Of a stretch of DNA of 64,000 nt, positions 45,942-56,379 are shown piece after piece. The stretch is from an uncultured Candidatus Saccharibacteria bacterium (GTDB taxonomy: Bacteria > Patescibacteriota > Minisyncoccia > Phycocordibacterales > UBA12088): the NCBI GenBank assembly GCA_964411375.1, contig CAYPKR010000002.1, forward strand, positions 205,259 through 269,258. The letters run 5' to 3'. Position numbers and translations under genes: made by a program. The notes beneath the pieces are model-generated. The model did not search any database, was not told the origin of the DNA, and worked only from the letters and a program-made list of their open reading frames with translations. How positions within the stretch are numbered: position 1 is the stretch's first letter; each line of letters begins with the position of its first letter.

Positions 45942-46976
45942 TTAGAGTTTTTTTGCTGCAGAGACCACGTGTTCGACAAGCGCATAGGTGTATCCCATTT
46001 CGTTGTCGTACCACGCAAGCACCTTGCAGAGCGTGCCATCGACTACTTTGGTAAAGGAAAGATCTGCAATCGACGCAAACGGGCTTCCCAGAATATCGCT
46101 TGAAACAATATCTTCTTCAGTTGTCGTGAATACTTTGCTCCACCTCGAATCTCCTGCCGCTTTCTTCAATAGTGCATTTAATTCTTCAACCGAAGTTGCT
46201 CGCTTTGAAACAAATGTAATATCCGCAATTGATCCCGCAACAACGGGTACGCGAAACGAAAGTCCGTCAAACTTTCCCGTAAGATCTGGAATCGCTTTGG
46301 TAACCGCAATTGCAGCGCCGGTTGTGGAAGGTACGATATTTTGTGCCGCAGCTCTTCCCTCTCTAAAATCTTTTTTATTCGGACCATCAACAATTGATTG
46401 GCTTGCGGTATATGCATGCACGGTTGAGAGAATTGCGCGCTCAATCCCAACTCCTTCGTGAAGAATTTGCATTACCGGAGATGCCGCGTTCGTTGTACAT
46501 GACGCGTTCGATGTAATAGTTGTTCCCGAAAATGAATCTTCATTGATGCCCATCAAAATCGTTGCGCCAGACATTCCTGCTGGAGGATCGTCTTTGACTG
46601 GCGCGGTAATGACGACTCGCTTCGCGCCCTGATCAAGGTGTACTTTTGATTTTTCATAACTCGTAAAAAGTCCGGTTGATTCGACAACGATGTCGATATT
46701 CATTTCTTTCCACGGCAATTTAGTCGGATCTTTTTCCGAAACAACGAGTACTTCAGCGGTACCGTTGATTACGAGAGCCGGTTTTGGATCGGTTTTAAAT
46801 GTGACCGCAAACGGACTTCTGCCATACACCGAATCATATTGGAGGAGATACGCGAGATTTGCGATATCGCCAAGGTCATTGACCGCAACGATTTCTAATT
46901 CGGGATTATCTTTTGCAATCTTGTAAAATGCGCGGCCGATTCGGCCAAAGCCATTAATGGCGACTCTGGTTTTCAT
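45942..46976 (-). CDS. gap: Glyceraldehyde-3-phosphate dehydrogenase
   Basis: VAINGFGRIGR Rossmann fold and the catalytic SNASCTTN. I trimmed the start to MKTRVAING. Confidence 0.9.
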   Translation of the reverse strand: MKTRVAINGFGRIGRAFYKIAKDNPELEIVAVNDLGDIANLAYLLQYDSVYGRSPFAVTFKTDPKPALVINGTAEVLVVSEKDPTKLPWKEMNIDIVVESTGLFTSYEKSKVHLDQGAKRVVITAPVKDDPPAGMSGATILMGINEDSFSGTTITSNASCTTNAASPVMQILHEGVGIERAILSTVHAYTASQSIVDGPNKKDFREGRAAAQNIVPSTTGAAIAVTKAIPDLTGKFDGLSFRVPVVAGSIADITFVSKRATSVEELNALLKKAAGDSRWSKVFTTTEEDIVSSDILGSPFASIADLSFTKVVDGTLCKVLAWYDNEMGYTYALVEHVVSAAKKL

Positions 46977-47023
46977 ATAAAATAGTATACCGTGGTCTGT
47001 TTCGGAAGACCAAACACACGCCA

Positions 47024-50000
47024 CTACGGAATACTATCGGGGGCAGTAATCCAACAGTTGAGACCGGCGCAGTTGCGTAATTGACCTAATCTTGTCGCTA
47101 GATCTGCTTGTACCGATGTATATGCCGGTGTTCCCGCTTTATTTAGAAGCTCATATGGATCAATCAGCAAGTCATATAATTCTTTCTGGTTGTTATCATG
47201 TTCAACATATGTGTATCGTGTCGTACGCACCGCATCAAATCCAGGAGTGCCTGGAATGAGTGGATCATAATCGAGCGTCCCGTCCATTCGTACTGCGGTG
47301 CGCCATGTCGGATCTGCACCTTCGAGGAGCGGTACCAGGGAGCGACCATCGAATGTGACTGTCTGGTGCGCATCTGCGATATCAACAATTGTTGGAGCGA
47401 TATCAACATCACTGACTAGTTTTGTATTGACGGCATGAACGACTCCTGGCCCTCGTACAACAAGGGGAAGCCGGATAGATTCTTCAAAGAACGACTCTTT
47501 ACCTGAAGCTATCCGATGCTCACCTGCATACCACCCGTTATCCGAAAGATACAGAATATATGTATTGCTGAGCTTGCCGATTGACTGCAGCTTTTGTATG
47601 AGGCTTTCGACACCATCGTCGACCGACATAAGAGAAGCGAGGCGCTTGCGATACTTTTGGGTAATTGCGGCAATTTGAACCGTAGTAAGGAGTGGTTGGT
47701 TTGAGGTGATAAATGCAGGCTTATCTGACATATCGGCCTCATTAAAATTAGGCAATCGCGGCAATGGTTCGCTTGAAAATGCGGCCATGTATCGCGGTGC
47801 GGGAATTGGATCGGTTGTTGGAGTGTTGGTTAAATCATCGTGAGGTGCCAAATAGGCCAGCTGTATATAGAATGGCGATGTGGTATTCCTTTGAGACTCG
47901 AGGAAATTCAATACCTTGGCAGTAAGTACGTCAGTCATGTACTCACTAGGATTTGACCCATAATTGCGTATAGTGCCGTTCTCATTAATTGCATAGTTGT
48001 AGTAGGAATGAATAAGGTGATCGCCTGAACGTGGCACGCCATTCCATTCATCCCAGCCAGGCGGTACGTGTGATGCAGGATAATCATCTGCACCTCCATA
48101 GAAGTTGAAATATTTCCCGTAAAACGCATTTGTATATCCCACATTTTTCAGCCATACCGGCAGGGCTTTACTCTCGCGGAATCCAGTTGCGAGTGAAGCA
48201 GGTGGTGGTGACTGCTTGGTTATGCCGTGGTTTTGGGCATACATTCCGGTAAGGAGTGTCGTGCGCGCTGGACAACAAAGCGAAAGATTGTCTATGTAGT
48301 TAGTGAATTGAACGCCTTGATCTACGAGCAAGGATTTAACCTTGGGCATTTTTGATAAGCTGGCATAGTCTTGGTCATCCGTTACGATCAGCACGATATT
48401 CGGCTTTGTAGTTGCTAAACCTTTTGTAAACACTGCTGAAGCGATCGCGCTTGGAGTAAGACCTGTCTTCCATGCTCCGACTTTTATGGTCTTAGTATCG
48501 GTTAGAGTAATGGGCGCCGTATAGACGGCACTTGCTTCGGTCGGGGTACTGCCATCGAGTGTATAGTGCATGGTTGCGTCAGCGGTTGTTACTGAAAGAG
48601 TAACGGTCTGCGAGGCGGTGAATGTCCCGCCTGCAGGAGATATTGTAGGGGTGGCCACAATAGTCGGCTCACCGGTTGTTCCGCCGACTGTACCACCAAC
48701 CGTTCCTCCGGTTGTTCCGGTAGTGAAGAATCCAGTCACGACGCCACCGCCGCCAATCGGATTAATGATCGCTTGGAGTTGCCAAAAGTTTGTTGCGCAA
48801 AAAGAGTCGCGGCAGCCGCATTTCCATGCGCCGCCGACAAAGGTACACGAGTATGCTGCAAAGAACGTATAAAAAGATGGCGAGCGAAGATCGGCATTTT
48901 CGATAGTGGTGTGCGCGCCGACAAGCAGCCAATTCCCTCCCGTTCCTGGAGCGGGAGTTCCGGTAAATGTAATTGGCACCCATGCGGCACCAGTCCATCT
49001 GAATCCATTTTTATAGACATATTTTTGGGTGGCGGTGTCGGGAGTCTCAAAACTAAATGTCGCATCTCCCGCTGTATTGCACGCAAAATTAAGCAGCGTT
49101 TCTTTCGCTCCACCGAATACGTTGTACGCGGCGCCATATCCCGACGGAATAGTAGCGGCGTTGGTATACCGTTCAGTGCATCCGTACGACGGAACAGTGA
49201 ATGTGGTTCCGACCGTAGCGCCGCCGGAAGTCACGCCAGTAGCAACCCCCCCCGTCGTCCCCACTCCCGTCCCCGTCGTAACAGTACCCGCAGTACCAAC
49301 GGTTCCATGTCCATCACCTCTCCACAGGGTTTTGTATACCGCGATAGGATCTTGCCCTGATTCGTTTGCCGGCCATGCGGAATAAATACTGCCGTCTCCT
49401 TGGTCGAAGTAATCTTCGTGATCAAGAATATCTTGGTTCGCATTAAAGAATGCGTAGGTGAAGCGGATGACGTCCGCCGGATGTGTGGAAGCGGCGGCGC
49501 CTTCGCGGCGCGGCGCCCATTCGGGAAATACCATTCGAACTCCTTGCGCTCTCGCGAATGCCACAATTTCGTTGAATCCCCAGAATCCTGCATTGCCTGC
49601 AAGGATTTGGTTCCAGTTGTTTCCTGGCGCTGTTGCTGATTCCCCCTGCACTCGCACCATCGAGCTGTCATGCCACGATGCGCCGACAAAATCGATTTGT
49701 TTCCCGATGGGGCCAGGAGGAAGCACCGTGATTCCGTTGATGATTCGAGTACCAGGGCTCCAACTGGCAACATTGTTTGGCCAGAGTTGTTCGTGGCGAA
49801 TGGTGCTGCCCCCACCACGACGATCGGAATTGATGAACTGGAGTTGTGGACGGAATGCGAAATAGTAATTTGGATATTGTCCGCGCTGATATTTGTATCC
49901 TTCTTTAAATACGCGGATCCATCTCGCCCATGCATATGGAAAATCCTGATACGTGAAATGCTTTCCGGTTGCGTCAGTATATGAGCCTTCAGGAGATTTG

Positions 50001-50623
50001 CCGTGCGTCTCGAGCGTAAATTCATAGAACCAGTCCATGGTCATTGGAAACGCCGGATCGCCGTCGCGCTGATCGAGGTATGCGAACTTTCGTCCGAGGA
50101 GAAAGAGGTATTTGTCCGCGTCCCCGTTTTTGATATCCCGATAGATTGTCGGGTTCGCGTATGTGGAGCCAGTCCATCGATTGCCGAGTGTTGAAGGAAT
50201 TGGTTCTGCCCAGTCGAGATGAATGATGCGCTTTCGGTGCACGGTTGCGGGATAGTCGCCCCAAATGTGGCGGAACCATCCTTCGTCCTGGAACACGCCG
50301 TGGAAAAGCGGCGGATCCGCGTTCCATGCTGCGGGAGTGCGGTTGAAATCGCGATCCGTTTCGGCTTCGCTGTCGGCGCCGCCAACATTCGGCCATGTGA
50401 CGACATCTCCCATTCCTTGGGTCACTGAATCTGGTTCGTGACCCATGAGATCGATGTAGTTCTGCATATGATCAGAGCTGCCGTTGATCCAGCTACCGGC
50501 ATTCCATGGCATGCCGCTTTTGCCGACGTGTCCAGAAAAGACAGCCGCGTATACTGGCTTTCCAATGATACCCGCAACAAAGACAAGGATGCCCAAAAGA
50601 AGCGGGATGGCGAAGAATTTCAT
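47024..50623 (-). CDS. Secreted multidomain protein: GH-like N-domain, shared 6-Cys module, Fn3/CHB_HEX_C-like domain, C-terminal sulfatase
   Basis: A signal peptide MKFFAIPLLLGILVFVAG. The sulfatase carries the formylglycine motif SLCCPARTTLLTG and DDQDY. The shared module matches CTERY...YGAAYNVF...WKCGCRDSFC. Confidence 0.8.
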   Translation of the reverse strand: MKFFAIPLLLGILVFVAGIIGKPVYAAVFSGHVGKSGMPWNAGSWINGSSDHMQNYIDLMGHEPDSVTQGMGDVVTWPNVGGADSEAETDRDFNRTPAAWNADPPLFHGVFQDEGWFRHIWGDYPATVHRKRIIHLDWAEPIPSTLGNRWTGSTYANPTIYRDIKNGDADKYLFLLGRKFAYLDQRDGDPAFPMTMDWFYEFTLETHGKSPEGSYTDATGKHFTYQDFPYAWARWIRVFKEGYKYQRGQYPNYYFAFRPQLQFINSDRRGGGSTIRHEQLWPNNVASWSPGTRIINGITVLPPGPIGKQIDFVGASWHDSSMVRVQGESATAPGNNWNQILAGNAGFWGFNEIVAFARAQGVRMVFPEWAPRREGAAASTHPADVIRFTYAFFNANQDILDHEDYFDQGDGSIYSAWPANESGQDPIAVYKTLWRGDGHGTVGTAGTVTTGTGVGTTGGVATGVTSGGATVGTTFTVPSYGCTERYTNAATIPSGYGAAYNVFGGAKETLLNFACNTAGDATFSFETPDTATQKYVYKNGFRWTGAAWVPITFTGTPAPGTGGNWLLVGAHTTIENADLRSPSFYTFFAAYSCTFVGGAWKCGCRDSFCATNFWQLQAIINPIGGGGVVTGFFTTGTTGGTVGGTVGGTTGEPTIVATPTISPAGGTFTASQTVTLSVTTADATMHYTLDGSTPTEASAVYTAPITLTDTKTIKVGAWKTGLTPSAIASAVFTKGLATTKPNIVLIVTDDQDYASLSKMPKVKSLLVDQGVQFTNYIDNLSLCCPARTTLLTGMYAQNHGITKQSPPPASLATGFRESKALPVWLKNVGYTNAFYGKYFNFYGGADDYPASHVPPGWDEWNGVPRSGDHLIHSYYNYAINENGTIRNYGSNPSEYMTDVLTAKVLNFLESQRNTTSPFYIQLAYLAPHDDLTNTPTTDPIPAPRYMAAFSSEPLPRLPNFNEADMSDKPAFITSNQPLLTTVQIAAITQKYRKRLASLMSVDDGVESLIQKLQSIGKLSNTYILYLSDNGWYAGEHRIASGKESFFEESIRLPLVVRGPGVVHAVNTKLVSDVDIAPTIVDIADAHQTVTFDGRSLVPLLEGADPTWRTAVRMDGTLDYDPLIPGTPGFDAVRTTRYTYVEHDNNQKELYDLLIDPYELLNKAGTPAYTSVQADLATRLGQLRNCAGLNCWITAPDSIP

Positions 50624-50681
50624 GCATATATATTGTACCGCCTAGTGGTTCGAGGCGGTGGGAGGTGGTGTGGATTTAATT
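49247..50681. repeat. Copy 1 of a perfect 1,435-bp direct repeat (copy 2 at 57697..59131)
   Basis: The antisense ORFs 49231..50025 and 57681..58475, and others, are identical (offset 8,450 bp). The repeat covers the 5' 1.4 kb of two paralogous genes plus ~58 bp upstream. Confidence 0.85.
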
Positions 50682-50700
50682 CATTCAGACTTAACGCTAT

Positions 50701-53700
50701 TTAAATGGAATTTGGTCCAACTTGACTCACATTGAGCTCAACGGCTGGTATCCATGTCTCCGCGGTAGTTGGAAATTCCTGCACATTCGTATAGTGACCC
50801 GGAATATAATTTACCGCGCCAACGTGCGCTTCGATGCGTCCGTCCTTCACTACCGGTCCCCCGCCATCGCCTTTCCCAATTATGATGGTGCCTCGATTCC
50901 CCGCCATCAACCAATTGATCGATTGTTCTGGAGTTTGTGAGACAGTGTCACCCGGATCGCGGGCAAGTACCTCCATACGATCCCCTTCAAAATTATTTCC
51001 AATTACTCGCTGATTGGCGCCTTGTCCAACAATTGCGCCAGTTGATTGCCTGATGAAATTGGAGATAACAATATTGTTCGAACCGTTTCTAAGAACAATG
51101 CCGCCTTTGACATTTTTGACAGTATTTCCGCGGATAATATTTCTTGAGGATTTAATCGATATGCAGTCATCAGTAAATAGGTTGTTGGTTACGAGATTAA
51201 GTTCAATGACCGCGAGCATCCCTTGCGCAGAGTTGGAATACGTTTGACCGACTTGTATACACTCTTCAAGATTGCCGCCAGGACCAGCTTGTCGGTCATG
51301 TACATAGTTGCGATCGACAAGAGTATTCCGTGCTCCGTCAGTTGTATTCGTATCAAAGCCGATTCCTTGGGTTGAATAATTGCCAATCTCATTCCGGTCA
51401 ATGCGGCAATATTCGCATGTCCTTGAAATGTTAATTGCATTACGGTCGGTAGTGTTAATAAATAGGTTTCTAGACACTCGATCATGCGTACCGGTTACGT
51501 TAATTCCTGTTCCGCCTTGAAATTTCATTCCTTCGAGAATAACGCAGGTACCGCCAACGGTGAATTCTCCCATAAATACTGGCGAAAGACGATTCAGCGC
51601 CCGTATCACAATTGGCTGCGATTTCGTTCCTGTACGATTAATGCTGAAATTGCCCAAATAGGTATTGTCTCCAACCAAAATCAAATCTCCTGCATTTGCT
51701 CCCAAAAGGGCTTGGGAGAGTTCAGTGGCATTATTGACGGTGATTGGAGCGCGCGGAGATGTTGGAATTATATCCACACACCCTGGTGTTTCCTCCGGAG
51801 GCCATGGATAACAATTCGATCCGGTACAGGCCGGCTCCGGTCCAGATGTGCCTCCTCCGGTAGTACCGCCAACAGTGCCTCCCCCTGGTGTTCCGCCACC
51901 GGTGCTGAAGAAAAATCCTCCGTTTGGATTTTGCGTTGCTTGGAGTTGCCAGAAATGGACTGTACAAAATGTGTCACGACAACCGCAGTTCCAACTGCTA
52001 TTGGCAAAGGTGCAAGTGTATGCGGCAAAAAAGGTGTACGCGGGAGATGGGCGAAGATCGGCGTTTCGAATGGTTGTTGTTGCTCCCATCCGAAGCCAGT
52101 TTCCTCCGCTTCCTGGAACAGGGATTCCTTCGAAGGTAAACGGCACCCACGAACCGCCATTCCATCGATAGCCGTTTTTGTAGACATATTTAGGGGTGGA
52201 AGTGTCCGGTGTATTTATTGAAAACGAAACATCGCTCCCCGGACCATCACAGCTGAGATTAAGGAGAAGTTCTTTTGCGCCGCTAAATACATTGTACGCG
52301 GCGCCATATTTGGCAGGAGTGATAGTGTTATTGTCAAAACGCTCGTGGCATGGCTCAAATCCAATCGATGCCGCAGATCCAACGCCCCCTGTAACCGTAC
52401 CTCCCGTCCCCGTTCCCCCAGTAGTCCCCGTGGTGCCAGTGCCAGTCGTAGCTGTTGTTCCCGTTCCTATCGGAGCACCTGTTCCGTTTATTTCGAGTAC
52501 GAGCAGATAATCTGGAATTTGAACATCCATTGTGGTGATTCCAGCATCGTTGGTAACGGTCTGTATTACATTTGCATTAAATGAAGGCTCGTACGTATGG
52601 ACAGCAGTAACTCTTGAATTAAAATGCACCGTTACCGCCTTCCGTGCCGGCTCTATGTCAGCTGGTCCGTTTGAACTACTCACCGCTTGCCATAAGACAA
52701 GATAAAAGACCCCGTTACGCTTTTGAAGCAATAGTTGCTGCACGTTAGCGGTGTCACCAGAAAGCGTGTAATCAAGCCCGCTTGTCGTAAATGGCGCGCC
52801 AGGATCTTTAAAGAGATTGATGTAATTTTTAATCGCGGTGAATTGTTGGCGCACAGAACCATCATGGTTTATGATGCCGAGTTCATCGGATTGTCCGTTG
52901 TCGACGAGTTGATAAATATATACGCGCGGTGAGTTATGGGTGAGATGCCATAAAAATTCACGCGGAAAATATTTTGCAGCCGCACGTTCTGAGACTGCAC
53001 GGTGACCGGGATCATCAGGAAATTTTCGATATCCGACTTCGGTTGCCCACACCGGCTTTGCGCTTCCATACCGGTTCAAATCAAGAGCGCGAACATCAGT
53101 GATTCCCCATCCGCCGCCGCCCGGGCCTTCAGGATACAGTCCGGCGGGATAGTCGTGCGAATTCCCGACATCCATGTAATTTGCCGCGTCAGTAAATGTG
53201 CTTTGAAAAATACCTGGCGAATTGCTGGTGTGTGCAAACGATGCCCCAAGATATGGAATATTTCTTGTTATTGCGTCCGCTTTTACGCGCGGATACATGT
53301 CTTTGATGTAATTGCGTTGATTGGTCTGCCATCCGGTATCATGAATGTCACGCTCGTTTGGAGGCTCAATCCCATCGACAACATTTATCGTCGCATTCAG
53401 ATCGCGAATAACCGCAAGGTCATCAGCTCCATGATACCCCTGATACAACAAGGTGATACCGTTGTTAGTGCGTAAATCTTTCCACTTTGCTCGAAGGGCG
53501 GTCGACGGAATGCCACCGCCGCCGTTGTCACGAATATGTCGAATACCGCTTTCAATCAATCGCGGCTTAACGATGTCGTCGTAGTGCATACCATAAATCG
53601 TATCGGTGTAATCGAGATGAACGTTCACTCCGACTTCGTCAGCGGCAAGATCAGACATTATTGCAGGAACCACCGCGCCAGAAACCTGCGGCGTGAGTAT

Positions 53701-53793
53701 TAATAATGCCCTGCCCCCGCTAAACCATTCGGTAACTCCTAGAAAACCAGCGACAAGGAATGTGGCAATGCCGAAAAAACGGAAGATCGTCAT
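50701..53793 (-). CDS. Secreted multidomain protein: GH-like TIM-barrel N-domain, shared 6-Cys module, C-terminal parallel beta-helix (lyase-like)
   Basis: A signal peptide. WATEVGY looks like a catalytic Glu. The shared module reads CHERF...YGAAYNVF...WNCGCRDTFC. PbH1-like repeats (NNFEG, GNTVKN, NNIVISN) form the beta-helix. Confidence 0.7.
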   Translation of the reverse strand: MTIFRFFGIATFLVAGFLGVTEWFSGGRALLILTPQVSGAVVPAIMSDLAADEVGVNVHLDYTDTIYGMHYDDIVKPRLIESGIRHIRDNGGGGIPSTALRAKWKDLRTNNGITLLYQGYHGADDLAVIRDLNATINVVDGIEPPNERDIHDTGWQTNQRNYIKDMYPRVKADAITRNIPYLGASFAHTSNSPGIFQSTFTDAANYMDVGNSHDYPAGLYPEGPGGGGWGITDVRALDLNRYGSAKPVWATEVGYRKFPDDPGHRAVSERAAAKYFPREFLWHLTHNSPRVYIYQLVDNGQSDELGIINHDGSVRQQFTAIKNYINLFKDPGAPFTTSGLDYTLSGDTANVQQLLLQKRNGVFYLVLWQAVSSSNGPADIEPARKAVTVHFNSRVTAVHTYEPSFNANVIQTVTNDAGITTMDVQIPDYLLVLEINGTGAPIGTGTTATTGTGTTGTTGGTGTGGTVTGGVGSAASIGFEPCHERFDNNTITPAKYGAAYNVFSGAKELLLNLSCDGPGSDVSFSINTPDTSTPKYVYKNGYRWNGGSWVPFTFEGIPVPGSGGNWLRMGATTTIRNADLRPSPAYTFFAAYTCTFANSSWNCGCRDTFCTVHFWQLQATQNPNGGFFFSTGGGTPGGGTVGGTTGGGTSGPEPACTGSNCYPWPPEETPGCVDIIPTSPRAPITVNNATELSQALLGANAGDLILVGDNTYLGNFSINRTGTKSQPIVIRALNRLSPVFMGEFTVGGTCVILEGMKFQGGTGINVTGTHDRVSRNLFINTTDRNAINISRTCEYCRIDRNEIGNYSTQGIGFDTNTTDGARNTLVDRNYVHDRQAGPGGNLEECIQVGQTYSNSAQGMLAVIELNLVTNNLFTDDCISIKSSRNIIRGNTVKNVKGGIVLRNGSNNIVISNFIRQSTGAIVGQGANQRVIGNNFEGDRMEVLARDPGDTVSQTPEQSINWLMAGNRGTIIIGKGDGGGPVVKDGRIEAHVGAVNYIPGHYTNVQEFPTTAETWIPAVELNVSQVGPNSI

Positions 53794-53846
53794 GATGTAT
53801 ATATTGTACCGTCGAGTCGCTTTGAATTAGCGAGAGTGGTGTGGAT

Positions 53847-56375
53847 TTACGGACAGAGGTCGTCCGCATCCCCATTTGGTCCGACGTTTCCCGGACCGAG
53901 ATTCAGTGTTGGAGCGGTAGCTGCGGGATTTACATTTTGAGTTGCGGGTACGGAACATCCCTCTGCTCCAACAGCGGCGTCAGAATTACCATTTAAGTCA
54001 ATTCCTTCCGGACAACGAGTAGGTTCGCGACGCGGATTAAATTCAAGATATCCAATACGGAGTTTGTCTGATGCGGTAGTAAATACATTTCCCCATATTT
54101 TGGTACGTACTGCATTCGCATGATTTGCTCCAGGAGGGACTTCGTCAGGAAGGCAATCTCCGAGAGAGAACGTACAGTCTCCCGATCCCGCCCAAAATCC
54201 TTGAATACTGCCTTGAAATACGTTGCTCACGAAGAAGTTGTCCGTGTCGAAACTAAAGGCTCCCACATTTTCAAAACGATTATTGAAAAACACGTTCCGC
54301 TGCCCATGTCGAACACCGGTACGATTTTCAGTACCTGCGACAACATTATTTTCGATAACGTTCTCAGTGGATTTCAAGTAGAATCCGTATTGCCGCTTGT
54401 CAGATGAATCGACGTAATTTTTTTCAATCAGCGACCGAGAAATTGATTCTCGCTGCTTGTTTACGAGTCCGAGATAGACATTGATGCCTCCTGATGAAGT
54501 CTGCGGATTGGTGACTCCGCCCCTAAAGAAATTGTGATCAATGCGATGATAGTACGGATTCGAAGTGCCATCCGCGATGTTGATCTGAATATCTTCCTTA
54601 GTATCGCTGGTGCCTGCGTCAAGAATATTTCGATCAATGCGTATATTTCGAGCGTCACTTGCGGTATCGATTATTTTCTCGCCCGGAGCAGAGAGGAAAT
54701 TATTTCCCGTAACACGAACATTGTTTCCATTCACCTGTAGTGTAACTCCAACAAATGTAAATCCTTTGATGACAACGTAATCTCCATTGATGGTGAGCGT
54801 GCCTCCGCTAAATGTCCCTCCTGGAACAAATACCAGCGGATTTGCTGCGGTACCGCTTTGGTTGATCACTCGAGTAGCAGGAGAAAGTGTTTGAGCTCCA
54901 GTCATCGAGTAACATATTTTTGCGGCATTCGCTTTAACGATTCCATACCATGTCGGCGGCGTAAATACGCCTCCAGTCCATTCAGATCCTCCGCCAGTGC
55001 CGCCTGTCGTTCCGGCCGTTGTTCCGCCGACTGTACCACCAACCGTTCCCCCAGTGGTTGCGCCGCTGGTACCACCGCCACCGAAGAAAATATCACTACC
55101 GATTGGATTTCGAATTGCTTGAATTTGCCATCCATTGAATATGCACATAGCGTCGCGGCAGCCGCACTTCCATGCGCCGCCAGAAAAAGTACATGAGTAC
55201 GCCGCAAAAAAAGTAAACACATTTGCTGGGCGCAAATCAGTATTGTTAATACGCGCCGACGCGCCCATCAACAGCCAATTTCCTCCCGAGTCCGGAGCAG
55301 AAGTTCCGGTAAAAGTTATCGGCACCCATGCGGCACCATTCCATCTGAAGCCAGTTTTGTACACATACTTTTGATCGCTTGCGTCATCGCTGTTGACTGA
55401 AAACGTTGCATTCCCGACTGAGTCGCAATTAAAGCGCAGTAACAATTCATGAGTAGTGTTGAATATATTGAAAGCGGCACCGTATCCTGCGGGCGGAACA
55501 ACCGAACTCGTATACCTTTCATTACAGGTAAGCGGCGGGGCGCCGACAGTGGCAAACGTTGCAGTCGTTCCGCCAACCGTTCCTGTTGTACCGACCGTAG
55601 TTCCCGTCGTTACTGTTCCTCCAGTTGTTGTAGTCGTTGTGCTTGCTTGCAGTGCAGTTGCGATTGCAAGTGCGATTTTTTTTGCACCTTGCTCGTTGGT
55701 ATGGAGCCGATCAGCAAAATCCGGATCGGTTGCGCTAGGCATAGTGCCTGGGAACACTTGATCTAATCGCACAAGAATATCGTATTTGGAAGTATCGCTT
55801 AGGATGAGCGTATTGAGCGTTCTGCGCTTCAAATCAATTGCATCCGCTTCTGATTGCGGCGGATTGCTGAACGGATAGAAGGGATGAATGGTGAAAGCGA
55901 CCACCGTAAACCCGTCGGCATGCGCCATCGCCCACAGCGTTTTAAGATCAGTGTATGTTTCCTCCGCGGTACGAGCGGGACCTCCCACTCCGCTTCCTTG
56001 AATGTCGTTGATTCCTCCATAGATGATGTAGTACGCCTTCTTATCTGCTGCTGGCTTATGCGGACGCGCTTCGGTTGGATATTCGGTGAGCATTTGCTTC
56101 ACCTGTTCGCCGGCTGCAGCAATGTTGAAGATGCTTGCGGAAGAATACCAGGTAATATATTGACTGATATAATTCACCCAATCGCCTGGCCTTCGAGGAT
56201 CTGTCGGCAAACCAACAGATCCATTTGAAAGGCTATCTCCTTCAATGACTACAATATCCGCTCTGCCTCCGGGCGCTGTTTGCGCATGTAAATGAATAGA
56301 TACGCCAATGAAAAATACCGCGATGAAGAGAAGGGTTACTCGAGGCAGTATGGTACGTATGTTGTATGTCGACAT
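53847..56375 (-). CDS. Secreted multidomain protein: SGNH/GDSL esterase N-domain, shared 6-Cys module, C-terminal beta-helix
   Basis: A signal peptide and VVIEGDSLSNGS (the GDSL block). The shared module reads CNERY...YGAAFNIF...WKCGCRDAMC. It abuts the upstream gene within ~5 nt and is probably cotranscribed with it. Confidence 0.7.
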   Translation of the reverse strand: MSTYNIRTILPRVTLLFIAVFFIGVSIHLHAQTAPGGRADIVVIEGDSLSNGSVGLPTDPRRPGDWVNYISQYITWYSSASIFNIAAAGEQVKQMLTEYPTEARPHKPAADKKAYYIIYGGINDIQGSGVGGPARTAEETYTDLKTLWAMAHADGFTVVAFTIHPFYPFSNPPQSEADAIDLKRRTLNTLILSDTSKYDILVRLDQVFPGTMPSATDPDFADRLHTNEQGAKKIALAIATALQASTTTTTTGGTVTTGTTVGTTGTVGGTTATFATVGAPPLTCNERYTSSVVPPAGYGAAFNIFNTTHELLLRFNCDSVGNATFSVNSDDASDQKYVYKTGFRWNGAAWVPITFTGTSAPDSGGNWLLMGASARINNTDLRPANVFTFFAAYSCTFSGGAWKCGCRDAMCIFNGWQIQAIRNPIGSDIFFGGGGTSGATTGGTVGGTVGGTTAGTTGGTGGGSEWTGGVFTPPTWYGIVKANAAKICYSMTGAQTLSPATRVINQSGTAANPLVFVPGGTFSGGTLTINGDYVVIKGFTFVGVTLQVNGNNVRVTGNNFLSAPGEKIIDTASDARNIRIDRNILDAGTSDTKEDIQINIADGTSNPYYHRIDHNFFRGGVTNPQTSSGGINVYLGLVNKQRESISRSLIEKNYVDSSDKRQYGFYLKSTENVIENNVVAGTENRTGVRHGQRNVFFNNRFENVGAFSFDTDNFFVSNVFQGSIQGFWAGSGDCTFSLGDCLPDEVPPGANHANAVRTKIWGNVFTTASDKLRIGYLEFNPRREPTRCPEGIDLNGNSDAAVGAEGCSVPATQNVNPAATAPTLNLGPGNVGPNGDADDLCP

Positions 56376-56379
56376 ATGT

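Noticed and set aside
49231-50025. 264-aa ORFs 49231..50025 and 57681..58475 and several other 60-135-aa ORFs inside the big enzyme genes
   Set aside because: They are identical only because they lie inside the 1.43-kb duplicated segment. They are antisense or out of frame relative to the signal-peptide-bearing multidomain genes, and they are rich in Arg, Ser and Pro as expected for shadow frames.
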